Shown piece by piece: positions 1 to 9,717 of a stretch of 64,000 nucleotides of DNA; position 1 is the stretch's first letter; every line of letters starts with the position of its first letter. The DNA is from Minisyncoccota bacterium (GTDB lineage Bacteria; Patescibacteriota; Minisyncoccia; Phycocordibacterales; Phycocordibacteraceae). A model generated the notes under the pieces. That model was not told where the DNA came from. It saw only the letters and a list, made by a program, of their open reading frames with translations, and searched no databases. The translations under genes and the position numbers were made by a program. The stretch lies in NCBI GenBank assembly GCA_035438505.1, contig DAORIM010000001.1, forward strand, positions 7,808 through 71,807, given 5' to 3'.

Positions 1-122
1 GTCGCGCTCATGGTATTCGGCGCGATAGCCCGTAATAGCTTTGCGCAGTAGTGCTGCGCGCTCCTGGGCTTCCTGGGGTATCTTTCTTGCCATACCCCTC
101 TACTCTACCTTAATCGCGGGGA

Positions 123-605
123 CTAGTAGAAGACCTTGAGTCCGCGCTCAATCCGACGAGCGTCGTCAGCACTACAGCTGTTATAGCCGTTTGCGTACAT
201 ACAGCTGTTGGCGCTGTCTCCGGTGCATACTGAAGCCCCGTTTGTCTTATAAATAGTCACCGTTGCAGAAATGCCGCCGTCCGCACACGGAATATCAAAC
301 GAGCTCGTTCTCGTTCCGCCACTCACGCTAGTAGTGACAGGAATATTTACGGCACCGCACGTAATAGTAGAGAGCGCCGAACTGTATGAAAATGCATTCT
401 GCTTCTGGTCCCAGTACAGCGCACACTCCATTGCCGAGTCTGCAGCATAAAACGCGTACTGTGACTGCCGTGCCGTAGAAGACAGCACCACCTGCTTGTA
501 CGCGATATCAAGAAGCGCCAATCCGACTGACAAAAGCACCGACGTGAGCACAACGGCGATGAGGAGAGTGAAGCCTCGATGCTGTACGTTGGTGATCATA
601 GCCAA
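123..605 (-). CDS. prepilin-type N-terminal cleavage/methylation domain protein (putative minor pilin)
   Basis: N-terminus ...QHRGFTLLIAVVLTSVLL: Gly-Phe-Thr-Leu class III leader/processing motif plus hydrophobic helix; lies in the pilin/pilD operon. Confidence 0.55.
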   Translation of the reverse strand: MAMITNVQHRGFTLLIAVVLTSVLLSVGLALLDIAYKQVVLSSTARQSQYAFYAADSAMECALYWDQKQNAFSYSSALSTITCGAVNIPVTTSVSGGTRTSSFDIPCADGGISATVTIYKTNGASVCTGDSANSCMYANGYNSCSADDARRIERGLKVFY

Positions 606-1126
606 TTATGTAAACGCTCCGTTATAACGACCGTGCGCGCAACACCCCGCTGTTCCCACGACACCGTAACCGTAAGGACAATTTCGGTGCTTGTTCCTGG
701 AACTGCCGTTACGCGTATGGTGCGCGTAAACGGCGTCTCGTTCCCGTTATTCTGTTGGTTATATAACTTTGTAGAGCTCAGGTAGAGCGGCTCTATTGTG
801 CGGCTTACAGTATTCTGCGTGGGATCTATGACGCAATTCGCCGTAACGCAGTTAGTCGATCCTACCGTGCCATCAATACCATAGAGCCACGAGCGAGGAT
901 TACCCGTGTTTAGCGTGTAAAGATAATTGCTGTCGCGAATCCCGCGCACGTACTCCACCCCTTCCTGCGCAAGCGAAGACGCAATGAGCTGGTCGCGTGC
1001 GCTTCGGGAAGCATTTAGGGACTGCTGAACCGCGTACAAGGGACCCACCATAGCCACTGCAATAACCGTAATCGCTACTAATGTTTCAACCAAGGTAAAC
1101 CCGCGCTGCTCCATGGAGTACATCAT
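596..1126 (-). CDS. prepilin-type N-terminal domain protein (putative minor pilin)
   Basis: N-terminus MEQRGFTLVETLVAITVIAV (G|FTLVE motif) followed by hydrophobic helix; translationally coupled with neighbours. Confidence 0.55.
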   Translation of the reverse strand: MMYSMEQRGFTLVETLVAITVIAVAMVGPLYAVQQSLNASRSARDQLIASSLAQEGVEYVRGIRDSNYLYTLNTGNPRSWLYGIDGTVGSTNCVTANCVIDPTQNTVSRTIEPLYLSSTKLYNQQNNGNETPFTRTIRVTAVPGTSTEIVLTVTVSWEQRGVARTVVITERLHNWL

Positions 1127-1671
1127 AGCTCGATGAGGCGCTGCGTCGCGCCGGACTGAATTGAGAACGAAGCTGACTCTCCTTCGTCAGTCGTCATGGT
1201 GCCCGACACCACGAAGGTAACCTGCGGCTGCGTCGAGTCCCCCGTCCCAACCCCGCGCACATAGAAGCGGAGTGTGTCGACGTCTATGCGTTCGTCCGTA
1301 AGGGCGACCGATGAAGAATCGTTGCACACTCCCGAGCCAATACACTGCCCGATACTTTTGTCAGCACGCAATCGGTACTGCACTTCCTCTCCCTCACTAT
1401 CCAGGAACGAAATAGTTGAGCCTCCCGCTGAACAGTTCGTAGCCCCATTGCAGGAATATTCGCTCCCTGTGCGCATTGAACGCGCCATGCTCTCGACCGC
1501 AAACGAAAGTGTTGCGGCGAGCTGGTTATTCGCCCGCGCCTGCCTATCAAGACTAATGAGCGTTAAGTACGCTCCCGTCACCACGAGCATAACCACGCTG
1601 AAAATACCGAGCGAAACGATAAGCTCTAGGAGGCTATAGCCGCGCTGTGTTGGGGTATGGATCATGGGCAT
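1123..1671 (-). CDS. prepilin-type N-terminal domain protein (putative minor pilin)
   Basis: N-terminus TQRGYSLLELIVSLGIFSVV (G|YSLLE) pilin-like leader and helix; operon context. Confidence 0.55.
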   Translation of the reverse strand: MPMIHTPTQRGYSLLELIVSLGIFSVVMLVVTGAYLTLISLDRQARANNQLAATLSFAVESMARSMRTGSEYSCNGATNCSAGGSTISFLDSEGEEVQYRLRADKSIGQCIGSGVCNDSSSVALTDERIDVDTLRFYVRGVGTGDSTQPQVTFVVSGTMTTDEGESASFSIQSGATQRLIEL

Positions 1672-2369
1672 GCGCTCGTTCCTTTTTGTACCACCGACAC
1701 TTGCCCGGCCTTTGATACCAAGACACAGCGCTCGGCAGTCTCATCCGGCGATGTTATGCGTATCGTTGCGTCCGACAATGCAACGCGATTGCTGCTGCCT
1801 GCACTGACGCCTGTTATGATCGACTGCGTATTGGGACGGAGGTATACGATATGTATCGATTCAAGACGAGTTGTCGTTTGCGCGCTGTCTGAACACTTCT
1901 CTGTACCTGAATCCTTGCCGCAGAAGCTCTTAATCTTAAAGCCATTGTTAAGCGTGCTTCTACGTACAATTTCCGTCGCATTGTTTTGAATACAGTTCCC
2001 TGGCTTCGCTTCTGGATGCGAACTCGCGACGCTTGGGTGCCCTGGACACAAACTAGGATTTCCCGTATCTCCCGGTTTTGCGGGGTTGGTGTCTGCAAAG
2101 AGGACGTAGGACGTTGGCGTTGTACGCGCAAAGCTAATGCCATACCCGGCATTCGTTGTTGCTCCTGCTGCGCGGCTCGAAATGCCGTAGGACTGCGCCT
2201 CGCGTATAGAAAATGCGATGGTATACGCGATATCAGTAAGGACGAGCGAGCGATTAAACGTCGTCTGTCCCAAAAGCGCGATGGCCGTAATGATTACGAT
2301 GATGGCGAGCACCACCAGCATCTCAACGAGTGTAAAGCCTCTTACAGGCCGATTGATAAAGGGTTCCAT
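1662..2369 (-). CDS. prepilin-type N-terminal domain protein (putative minor pilin)
   Basis: N-terminus RPVRGFTLVEMLVVLAIIVIITAIALLG, canonical type IV pilin leader; directly downstream of pilD. Confidence 0.6.
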   Translation of the reverse strand: MEPFINRPVRGFTLVEMLVVLAIIVIITAIALLGQTTFNRSLVLTDIAYTIAFSIREAQSYGISSRAAGATTNAGYGISFARTTPTSYVLFADTNPAKPGDTGNPSLCPGHPSVASSHPEAKPGNCIQNNATEIVRRSTLNNGFKIKSFCGKDSGTEKCSDSAQTTTRLESIHIVYLRPNTQSIITGVSAGSSNRVALSDATIRITSPDETAERCVLVSKAGQVSVVQKGTSACP

Positions 2370-3100
2370 TGTGTGAAAAATGCGAGCAGGTATCCAAGTG
2401 CGAGAAATGGCACGAAGGGAACCTCAATACCCATTCTATGCCCTACCGGGCGGCTAACCAATATAGCGATGCCGACAACAGCGCCGATCCAAAAGGAGAA
2501 TAAAAGTCCTGCAATAGCCTGGTATGGACCAATAAGCAGTGCGAGTGCGAGTGCGACGGGCGCGTCCCCGAGCCCCATAGCCCTGCCCCGCGAAAACGCA
2601 TGAAGTGCCCAGAAACAAAGCCCTATGGCGCCTGCCACGAGAAGCGTAAGTCCCACCTCAGAAACACTACGCGATACCAGAAGAGCGTAGACTCCTGAGA
2701 GGAGTGTGAGCAACGTGGATGCAAGAGGAGGTACAACCGTATGCCGAAGGTCATAGAGCACAATAAACGCAAGAACGCTCAGTGCAGCAAGGAACGCAAC
2801 CAGGGGAAGACCGAGTCCTAGAGAGAGGTACGAAAGTGCAAACAGAACGCCAAGTACCGTCTCCCCCGCTGCGTACATGCCCGTAACCCGCGCGCCGCAA
2901 CAGCGCGCCCTTCCGTTCGCCGTAAGCCACGAAAGCACTGGGATCAGATCACGCGCGCGCAGTGGCTCAGCGCATGAGTTGCAGCGCGAACGATCGCGCA
3001 CCCACGACTGACCGGTGTAAATGCGCTCGCTCATAACAGCAGCGAAGCTCGCAATAATCATGCCGAGGATTAGGAAGGTGAACGCAATGAGCCAGGTCAT
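2342..3100 (-). CDS. pilD: prepilin peptidase (A24 family aspartic peptidase/N-methyltransferase)
   Basis: Polytopic membrane protein; N-terminal CxxC...CC zinc-finger-like segment (CNSCAEP...ARCCGA); conserved GLGDA motif and 8 hydrophobic segments typical of PilD/PulO. Confidence 0.8.
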   Translation of the reverse strand: MTWLIAFTFLILGMIIASFAAVMSERIYTGQSWVRDRSRCNSCAEPLRARDLIPVLSWLTANGRARCCGARVTGMYAAGETVLGVLFALSYLSLGLGLPLVAFLAALSVLAFIVLYDLRHTVVPPLASTLLTLLSGVYALLVSRSVSEVGLTLLVAGAIGLCFWALHAFSRGRAMGLGDAPVALALALLIGPYQAIAGLLFSFWIGAVVGIAILVSRPVGHRMGIEVPFVPFLALGYLLAFFTQWNPLSIGL

Positions 3101-3181
3101 AGAATGTTCTATGAGTATACCGCTCTCGATACAAAAACAGCGCGTAATGCACGCGCTGTTTTTGTGACTACATGTGTATCC

Positions 3182-3652
3182 TTACGGACACGTAACGTCA
3201 CTCGCTGAAATAGCGAACGTAGTGGTTGTTGTTGATACTCCCGTTGAGTCAATGCAGAAATATTGGGTTGAAACGGACTTCAGTGGCACGGATGCGGCCC
3301 ATCCAGATCCGTTCGAGGTTACGAAACACGTTTCTGCAATGGAATCTCGTGCAGCAACGGTCTTCCCTTGTGCTACTAGTGCTGCTTCAATTTTAGGTCC
3401 TGCCTGTCCCGCAGCAGTGCCGCACACGCTGGCATAGCTGTTATTATTGGTGTCATACCAGAGCTCTCCTTCCGTGCGAGCGCTTGAAAGGTTCGACTTG
3501 ATAGCAGCGTCTGCGCCGCGGTTACGCGCGGTGTTGAGAGACGCGAGTACGACGGACGAAAGGATGCCGATGATGGCGATAACCACGAGAAGCTCGATGA
3601 GCGTGAAGCCTCGCGCGGCGGACTGAGAAGTGCGGTCTGCGGTAGTAGTCAT
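3182..3652 (-). CDS. pilA: type IV pilin (major pilin paralog 1)
   Basis: ARGFTLIELLVVIAIIGILSSVVLASLNTARNRG... canonical T4a pilin N-terminus; C-terminal Cys pair (CIDS...DVTCP) for the disulfide-bonded D-region. Confidence 0.8.
   Translation of the reverse strand: MTTTADRTSQSAARGFTLIELLVVIAIIGILSSVVLASLNTARNRGADAAIKSNLSSARTEGELWYDTNNNSYASVCGTAAGQAGPKIEAALVAQGKTVAARDSIAETCFVTSNGSGWAASVPLKSVSTQYFCIDSTGVSTTTTTFAISASDVTCP
3489..3613. repeat. 125-bp direct repeat (copy 1) covering the conserved N-terminal coding region of the tandem pilin genes
   Basis: Sequence aggttcgacttgatagcagcgtctgcgccgcggttacgcg...gagcgtgaagcc is identical here and at 4030-4154. Confidence 0.85.
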
Positions 3653-3754
3653 GTATCTACTATACCGGCAGCGGACGCAATCTCAATGAAAGATGTGGAT
3701 AGTACGAAAGAAAGCCGCAATGCGGCTTTCTTTCGCTTCTAACCGGGCTGTGGG

Positions 3755-4180
3755 TTAGCAGGCGATGTCGTCAGCGGCCGAAATGGTATCGGTGCTTGTT
3801 GTTGTTGCGTTGCCCATGTAGTCAACGCAGAAGAACTGCGTCGTGCTCTTGAGCTGGGCATTTGCTGCCCATCCAGTTGCAGTATCTTCACACTGCACAT
3901 TTGTTCCGCCTGCGTTCGTCGTTGCTGTGATGAGTCCAGCAATGTTGTTGGTGCCGGACGCACAAAGAGTCGTGTAGGTGTTGTTGTTCGAGTCATAGTA
4001 GAGCTCCGCCTGCGCGCGCGCGTTTGCGAGGTTCGACTTGATAGCAGCGTCTGCGCCGCGGTTACGCGCGGTGTTGAGAGACGCGAGTACGACGGACGAA
4101 AGGATGCCGATGATGGCGATAACCACGAGAAGCTCGATGAGCGTGAAGCCGCGGCTGGTCTTTATGTGTCCAAGTGTCAT
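3755..4180 (-). CDS. pilA: type IV pilin (major pilin paralog 2)
   Basis: SRGFTLIELLVVIAIIGILSSVVLASLNTARNRGADAAIKSNL identical to paralog 1 over ~45 aa; divergent Thr/Asn-rich C-terminal domain ending ...DDIAC. Confidence 0.8.
   Translation of the reverse strand: MTLGHIKTSRGFTLIELLVVIAIIGILSSVVLASLNTARNRGADAAIKSNLANARAQAELYYDSNNNTYTTLCASGTNNIAGLITATTNAGGTNVQCEDTATGWAANAQLKSTTQFFCVDYMGNATTTSTDTISAADDIAC
4030..4154. repeat. 125-bp direct repeat (copy 2) in second pilin gene
   Basis: Exact nucleotide identity with 3489-3613. Confidence 0.85.
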
Positions 4181-4278
4181 GAGTATAGGTAAGAATGGTA
4201 ATGCGCAGGAAGGGTACCTATCGCTTTGTGTATTGTACGACAGTACCCCTCTCCCTCCCTGCGTAATGTGGATAACGT

Positions 4279-5487
4279 CTAGGAAATCGAGCCTGCGAGG
4301 TTGTAGATCGGGATAAGCACGGACGCAAGAAGCGTACCCACACCAAGACCAAGAAGTACGATCATCATCGGCTCAATGAGGTCCACAAGCGTATCCACGG
4401 CGGTCGTAACCTCGCGCTGGTAGAACTTCGCAAGGGTCTGAAGAATATTCCCGAGCTCGCCGGTTTCCTCGCCCACGCGCACCATAGCGGTCATGATACC
4501 CGGAATCTCTGCGTGCGCTCCTAGGGCGTCTGAAATGCTCGAGCCTCCCTTCACCGCCTCAGCAACCTCCTTAAGCAGGTTTTCATAGGTCTCGCTTCCA
4601 ACCACGGACGCGGTAATCTCAACCGCCTCAACTACAGGTACACCCGAGACAAGCATTGTTGCGAAGTTGTCAGCGATGCGTGAAAGGTAGAGCTTGCGGT
4701 ACAGGTCCCCTATATACGGCACATCGAGCTTAAGACGATCGAAGAAGAGGCGTCCAGACTCCGTCTGAAGTGCGCGGTACGCGAAGAACGCAGCGACCGC
4801 CATACCGATAAGGAAGAAGAAGCCGTAGCTAACAAGGAAATCAGAGACGGCGATAACAACTGCGGTATACACCGGAATTTCCTGTCCCGAGTCTTTGAGG
4901 ATGCTTGAAATGCGCGGGATCACGAGCGTAAGCATGAGCCCCATAACCACGAAGAACACAGCGATCACGAATGCCGGGTAGATCAGCGCATTCTGCGCCT
5001 TCGTCATCACTTCGTACGTTCTATCAAGGTAGTCTGCGAGATAGCCGAACGTTTCAGAAAGCTTTCCGGACTCTTCGCCGGAACGCACCATGTTTACGTA
5101 AAAGTTTGAGAATACCTTCGGATGTCGCGCGAGCGCTTTGGAAATAGGACTTCCTCCCTGAAGATCGTCCGCAACCTGCGTCATGATCTCCGTGAGGTAC
5201 TTGTTATCAACCTCGCTCGCAAGGAGGCGGAAGATGCGGAGTGCCGAGACCTGTGCCTCGAACAGGGTCGCTATCTGGCGCGAAAGAATAACGATGTCTT
5301 TGTTCGAAACGCGCTTTAAAAAACTAATTTCAATACTGAGCGCTGACTTTTTTTCCGCAGGCTCGATCGAAGACACAATGAGTCCGCGACGCTGCAGCGT
5401 TGACACGGCAACATCCACCGAGAGCGCCTCAACGGTGCCCGCTCGTTCGTGTCCGTCTTTATCAAGTGCGTGGTAGCTGAAGAGCAT
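4279..5487 (-). CDS. pilC: type IV pilus assembly platform protein (GspF/PilC family)
   Basis: 402 aa, duplicated GspF-like domains, three TM segments, typical PilC length and position between pilT and pilA. Confidence 0.85.
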   Translation of the reverse strand: MLFSYHALDKDGHERAGTVEALSVDVAVSTLQRRGLIVSSIEPAEKKSALSIEISFLKRVSNKDIVILSRQIATLFEAQVSALRIFRLLASEVDNKYLTEIMTQVADDLQGGSPISKALARHPKVFSNFYVNMVRSGEESGKLSETFGYLADYLDRTYEVMTKAQNALIYPAFVIAVFFVVMGLMLTLVIPRISSILKDSGQEIPVYTAVVIAVSDFLVSYGFFFLIGMAVAAFFAYRALQTESGRLFFDRLKLDVPYIGDLYRKLYLSRIADNFATMLVSGVPVVEAVEITASVVGSETYENLLKEVAEAVKGGSSISDALGAHAEIPGIMTAMVRVGEETGELGNILQTLAKFYQREVTTAVDTLVDLIEPMMIVLLGLGVGTLLASVLIPIYNLAGSIS

Positions 5488-5543
5488 TACTTACTAGCTT
5501 ACGGCCTAACAAGGCAACCGGAAAGGCCTATCATTTGATAGCC

Positions 5544-6611
5544 CTAGAGATACCGCTCAAACGTCTTCGGATCGTTGGCGCGCTCGTACGCGTGTTCGAT
5601 CGTAACTTCGCCGCGGCGTACGAGTTCCGCAAGCGAACGATCCATGTCGATCATGCCTTCCTGGGAGCTGGTCTGTACCACGGTTGCAATCTCATGGGTG
5701 CGTCCCTCGCGAATAAGGTTCGCGATAGCGCTGTTGTTAATCAACAGTTCGTACGCAGGAAGCTGGCCTCCGGCGATGCGCGGAATAAGTCGCTGGGAGA
5801 AAATGCCGGCAAGGGATCCTGCTAGCTGCACGCGTACCTGGTCCTGCTGGTTTGGCGGGAACATATCGATGATACGGTCGATAGTCTGCGACGCATTGTT
5901 CGTGTGCAGGGTTGAGAGCACGAGGTGACCCGTCTCAGCTGCCGTAACGGCGCTTGAAATAGTCTCCTGGTCGCGCATCTCCCCCACCATGATCACGTTC
6001 ACGTCTTCGCGGAACGCAGACTTGAGTGCAGCTGAGAAGCTTGGCGTATCGATATGCACCTCGCGCTGGTGGATGAGCGACTTCTTCTGGTCAAAAAGAT
6101 ACTCAATAGGGTCCTCAATCGTCACGATGTGCTCTGCACGCGTTTCGTTGATGCGGTCAATAATCGTTGCAAGAGTCGTCGACTTTCCCTGTCCCACAGG
6201 ACCCACCACCAAGAAGAACCCTTGCGACCTCTGGCTGAATACCTCAAGAATCGGCGGGAGATTCAGGTCTTCAAACGATCTAATCTGGCTTGGGATGAGA
6301 CGCATCGCAATTGCGACGCCTCCCTGCACCGTATAGCCGTTAACGCGGAAGCGTGCCTTCGGGCCGTGTGCGTATGAAAAGTCTATCGCCTGCTCGGTTG
6401 AGAAAATAGCGTAGCGGCTTTCTGGAGCGAGCTCCTTGAGCATGCTTGCAGTGTTCTCCGGCGTGAGCACCGGGTGCTGCAACAGGGGCACGAGAGAACC
6501 GGCGATGCGCAGGATCGGATTGTTCCCAACTGAAAGGTGCAGATCCGAAGCACCTTCGGCAACCACAGTGTCGAGAAGCGACTTTATCTGCGGAGAAAGC
6601 TCTGCGCTCAT
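5544..6611 (-). CDS. pilT: twitching motility / pilus retraction ATPase
   Basis: 355 aa; Walker A GPVGQGKSTT, Asp box, His box, and PilT-specific AIANLIREGR motif. Confidence 0.85.
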   Translation of the reverse strand: MSAELSPQIKSLLDTVVAEGASDLHLSVGNNPILRIAGSLVPLLQHPVLTPENTASMLKELAPESRYAIFSTEQAIDFSYAHGPKARFRVNGYTVQGGVAIAMRLIPSQIRSFEDLNLPPILEVFSQRSQGFFLVVGPVGQGKSTTLATIIDRINETRAEHIVTIEDPIEYLFDQKKSLIHQREVHIDTPSFSAALKSAFREDVNVIMVGEMRDQETISSAVTAAETGHLVLSTLHTNNASQTIDRIIDMFPPNQQDQVRVQLAGSLAGIFSQRLIPRIAGGQLPAYELLINNSAIANLIREGRTHEIATVVQTSSQEGMIDMDRSLAELVRRGEVTIEHAYERANDPKTFERYL

Positions 6612-6997
6612 ACCTTTCCTTCAATGATCTTCATCGTCTCGGAAAAGACTTCAGAAGGAATCGCGGACGCCTTGATGATGTAGCCGTCTGCGCCAAACGC
6701 CTTTGCTTGCTCTATATCAGACTCCTGTCCCTGATTGGAAAGAACGATAACCTTCGTTTCCTTCTTAAGACCCTCGCGCTTAATTACCTCGAGAATTTCA
6801 AATCCCGTCATGCCAGGCATAACGATATCGAGGAGAAGCGCATCTGGTACAGGGCTTTCGCGAAGTGCCTTCAGCACTTCTTCTCCGCCCGGGAACGCGG
6901 TTACCTCATGCCCCGCCGCTTTAAACTTCACGGCGTACATGTCGAGAAGAAAGCGATCATCATCAACGAGATAGAGACGGTACGGTGCAGTAGACAT
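6608..6997 (-). CDS. single-domain response regulator (CheY-like receiver)
   Basis: LVDDD...LLLDIVMPGMTGFE...K receiver motifs (phospho-acceptor Asp, conserved Thr/Lys); no output domain; embedded between pilB and pilT. Confidence 0.75.
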   Translation of the reverse strand: MSTAPYRLYLVDDDRFLLDMYAVKFKAAGHEVTAFPGGEEVLKALRESPVPDALLLDIVMPGMTGFEILEVIKREGLKKETKVIVLSNQGQESDIEQAKAFGADGYIIKASAIPSEVFSETMKIIEGKV

Positions 6998-7009
6998 GGA
7001 AATCTAACG

Positions 7010-8758
7010 TTAGGTAGGCTCTTCTTCTTCGAGCAGTGCTTGGCCTCCCAGCGCATTCACCTCCTCGAACGGAATCAGCCCTGCTAATGCTTTCATGATA
7101 GCATCCTCGCGCATGGTCAACATACCCTTGGCGCGGGCTGCCTCATAGACGCTTTCTTCCGTAGGCTTAGTGAGTACTACGTGCTCAAGCTCTGCGTCCA
7201 TGCGCAGGAACTCAAATACCGCGAGACGTCCACGTGTACCGTTCGGACAATCTGCTGTTGGCTCAGCGCGATAGAACGTTTCAAAGGGCGGCAATTGCGC
7301 ATGAAATTCTTGTGGCAAGTCAGAGAACTCGCGCTCAAGAAGTCCGCGCATACTCTCAGTAAGCGGCACCGGCTTCCCCGCTCCCGGGCAAAGCTTGCGT
7401 ACAAGACGCTGGCCGATTGCAGCGATGAGCGTTGGAGCAATAAGGTACGGATCGACACCCATATCCACGAGACGCGGAATAACTCCTGCTGCGGTATTGG
7501 TGTGAATGGTTGAGAACACAAGGTGTCCGGTGAGCGCCGCTTGAATAGCAAGCTGCGCCGTTTCCTTGTCGCGGATCTCTCCCACCATGATGATGTCCGG
7601 GTCCTGGCGAAGAATCGAGCGCAGACCTGACGCAAAGGTGTATCCAATTTCAGGCTTCACCTGCGACTGCGCGACGCCCTTAATCTCGTACTCAACCGGG
7701 TCTTCAATAGAGACCACGTTTGCCGCTTCGCGATCAAGCTCGGAAAGCATCGAGAAGAGCGTGGTCGATTTTCCGGAACCTGTAGGACCGGCAATGAGGA
7801 CGATTCCGTACGGCTGGCGGATGATATCGCGCACCTGCGCGAGGTCTTTCTCAGAAAGGCCGACGGTCTCAAGTGTTGCTACGGACTTCGCACTATCAAG
7901 AATACGCATCACCACCTTCTCGCCTCCCTGCGTCGGGAAGGTAGAGACACGGAAATCAATTCTTCTGCCTTCAACAGTTGCTGAGAAGCGCCCGTCCTGC
8001 GGCTTGCGCTTCTCATCGAGGCGCATCTGCGAAAGGATTTTAATGCGCGCTACAACTGCTGGATGGACTTTTGCAGGAAGCTCAAGCGAGGTGTGCAGCT
8101 CGCCGTCCATACGGAAGCGCACTCGGGTCTTTTCCGGCGAAGGCTCGATATGAATATCGCTCGCACCTCCCTCAACTGCGTAGCGCAGAATCGTTGCCAC
8201 GATCTTGGTAACTGGCGCATCCGCCTTAATGTTTGTTTCGGCAGCTTCTGCAGCTGGCGTCTTCTCCGCATCAACGTCTATTGGTGCTGCAGCAGAACCC
8301 TCAAACTCTGAAAGCGCCTGCCCCACCTCGCCCGAAAGGTTTTCGTATTCCTTAAGAACGCGCTCAAAGTCTGTCTGCGATACGAGCGACAGCGTATACG
8401 GCATACCGACGCGACTTGATATAAATTGCAGTGCGTCGAGCGCTTCAATATTGTCCGGGTCCACAATACCTACTGAAAGCGCGCCGCCCTCTGCGCTCAG
8501 AGGAATGAATTGATAGTGCCGTGCGGATTCCTCAGGAATATACGCCAGCGCCTTATGATCTTTGAGCTCCGCAGGAAGCGAAGTAAATGGCATGCCGTAC
8601 TTCTCACTCGCAATGCCGTATGCCTGCGCTTCCGTTATGCCCCGCTTTTCAAGTGCGGAAAGGAGTGTGCTGCCGGGCGCACGCGACTCCGCGTCGACAC
8701 TTGCCGCGTCTTCAGCGCTGAGCACTCCTTTTTCTGTAAGCAACGCGAGAAGGTTCAT
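7010..8758 (-). CDS. pilB: type IV pilus assembly (extension) ATPase, GspE/PilB family
   Basis: 582 aa; N-terminal GSPII_E_N-like domain, Walker A GPTGSGKSTT, Asp/His boxes; longer than PilT, as expected for PilB. Confidence 0.85.
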   Translation of the reverse strand: MNLLALLTEKGVLSAEDAASVDAESRAPGSTLLSALEKRGITEAQAYGIASEKYGMPFTSLPAELKDHKALAYIPEESARHYQFIPLSAEGGALSVGIVDPDNIEALDALQFISSRVGMPYTLSLVSQTDFERVLKEYENLSGEVGQALSEFEGSAAAPIDVDAEKTPAAEAAETNIKADAPVTKIVATILRYAVEGGASDIHIEPSPEKTRVRFRMDGELHTSLELPAKVHPAVVARIKILSQMRLDEKRKPQDGRFSATVEGRRIDFRVSTFPTQGGEKVVMRILDSAKSVATLETVGLSEKDLAQVRDIIRQPYGIVLIAGPTGSGKSTTLFSMLSELDREAANVVSIEDPVEYEIKGVAQSQVKPEIGYTFASGLRSILRQDPDIIMVGEIRDKETAQLAIQAALTGHLVFSTIHTNTAAGVIPRLVDMGVDPYLIAPTLIAAIGQRLVRKLCPGAGKPVPLTESMRGLLEREFSDLPQEFHAQLPPFETFYRAEPTADCPNGTRGRLAVFEFLRMDAELEHVVLTKPTEESVYEAARAKGMLTMREDAIMKALAGLIPFEEVNALGGQALLEEEEPT

Positions 8759-8825
8759 GCGTATAGTGTAGCGTAGACTCGCGAATTAGCGGTGCGCGTA
8801 TCTCGATGCAACCGAGGACAACGCG

Positions 8826-9140
8826 CTATTCAACAACTCCAGGCAAACGAGCAAACGGATCTTCACGGCCAGCAGCTTCAGGCACGATGATGGTTTGTAT
8901 ATCAACAAGCGCAAGGAACCGAGGGTCAGAAAGAATGCTTGCATCAAAGGCAACTGGCTCCAGCTGCTCCGCAAGGATAAGGAAGCTTGCTTGCGCTTCG
9001 TTCGCAGAACTCAAGGTGTCATCAATCGATACGTTCGGCGTTGCCGGCTCACGCATCCAGATGAAATACACGCCAGCACCCACCACCACGACAACGAGGG
9101 CGATTATGGAAACTGCATTCTTAGGAAGTTTCATGGACAT
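8826..9140 (-). CDS. hypothetical membrane-anchored protein (possible pilus assembly component)
   Basis: Single N-terminal TM helix (AVSIIALVVVVVGAGVYFIW) then soluble domain; located between pilO-like and pilB; no recognisable family. Confidence 0.35.
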   Translation of the reverse strand: MSMKLPKNAVSIIALVVVVVGAGVYFIWMREPATPNVSIDDTLSSANEAQASFLILAEQLEPVAFDASILSDPRFLALVDIQTIIVPEAAGREDPFARLPGVVE

Positions 9141-9144
9141 GTAG

Positions 9145-9717
9145 TTATCGGAGCCAGTAAATACGGAACGTAATGTCGTAGGTATACACGCCTGTTTCAG
9201 AATCCTCGACTGTAAGCTCGATGATATCGAGCGGCCGCAGGCTCTGCTCTACTCCCGTAAGGAAGGTACGGAATGCCTCATAGCTTCCTGTTGCTGCTAC
9301 GGAAAGCTCAAGGGTATCCGTTGGCTCTCCTGAATCGAGGGCGAGCGTCGTCTCTTCTGCCACTGGCGCAGTGTCATCCCCCGCCGCGCTGTCTCCTTCG
9401 ATGCTGAAGTCTGAAAGCGTTACGCCGGAACGCGCAGCGAGAGAGTTGAGATCAACGATGAGCTGCACGTTATCGACGCTGTCCGGAAGAAATGCCTCAA
9501 GGCGCGCCAGCTGCTCTGCACTAAGCGAGTTGCGCTCCTGCGTAAGAGCAATTTCCTTATCCTTGAATGAGCGCGCTGCCTCAAGTGCCGTATCAAGGTC
9601 CTTAATTTCCGTTGAAAGCATCGCGATCGAGCCGCTATACGTTGGCTGCACGTATACCAGGAAGAGCGCAACTGCTGCGATTATGAAAATGACGGGAATG
9701 ATGCGTGAGCCAATCAT
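9145..9717 (-). CDS. PilO-like type IV pilus inner-membrane assembly protein
   Basis: N-terminal TM helix followed by coiled-coil (KDLDTALEAARSFKDKEIALTQERNS...) and C-terminal domain; size and order match pilM-N-O. Confidence 0.5.
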   Translation of the reverse strand: MIGSRIIPVIFIIAAVALFLVYVQPTYSGSIAMLSTEIKDLDTALEAARSFKDKEIALTQERNSLSAEQLARLEAFLPDSVDNVQLIVDLNSLAARSGVTLSDFSIEGDSAAGDDTAPVAEETTLALDSGEPTDTLELSVAATGSYEAFRTFLTGVEQSLRPLDIIELTVEDSETGVYTYDITFRIYWLR

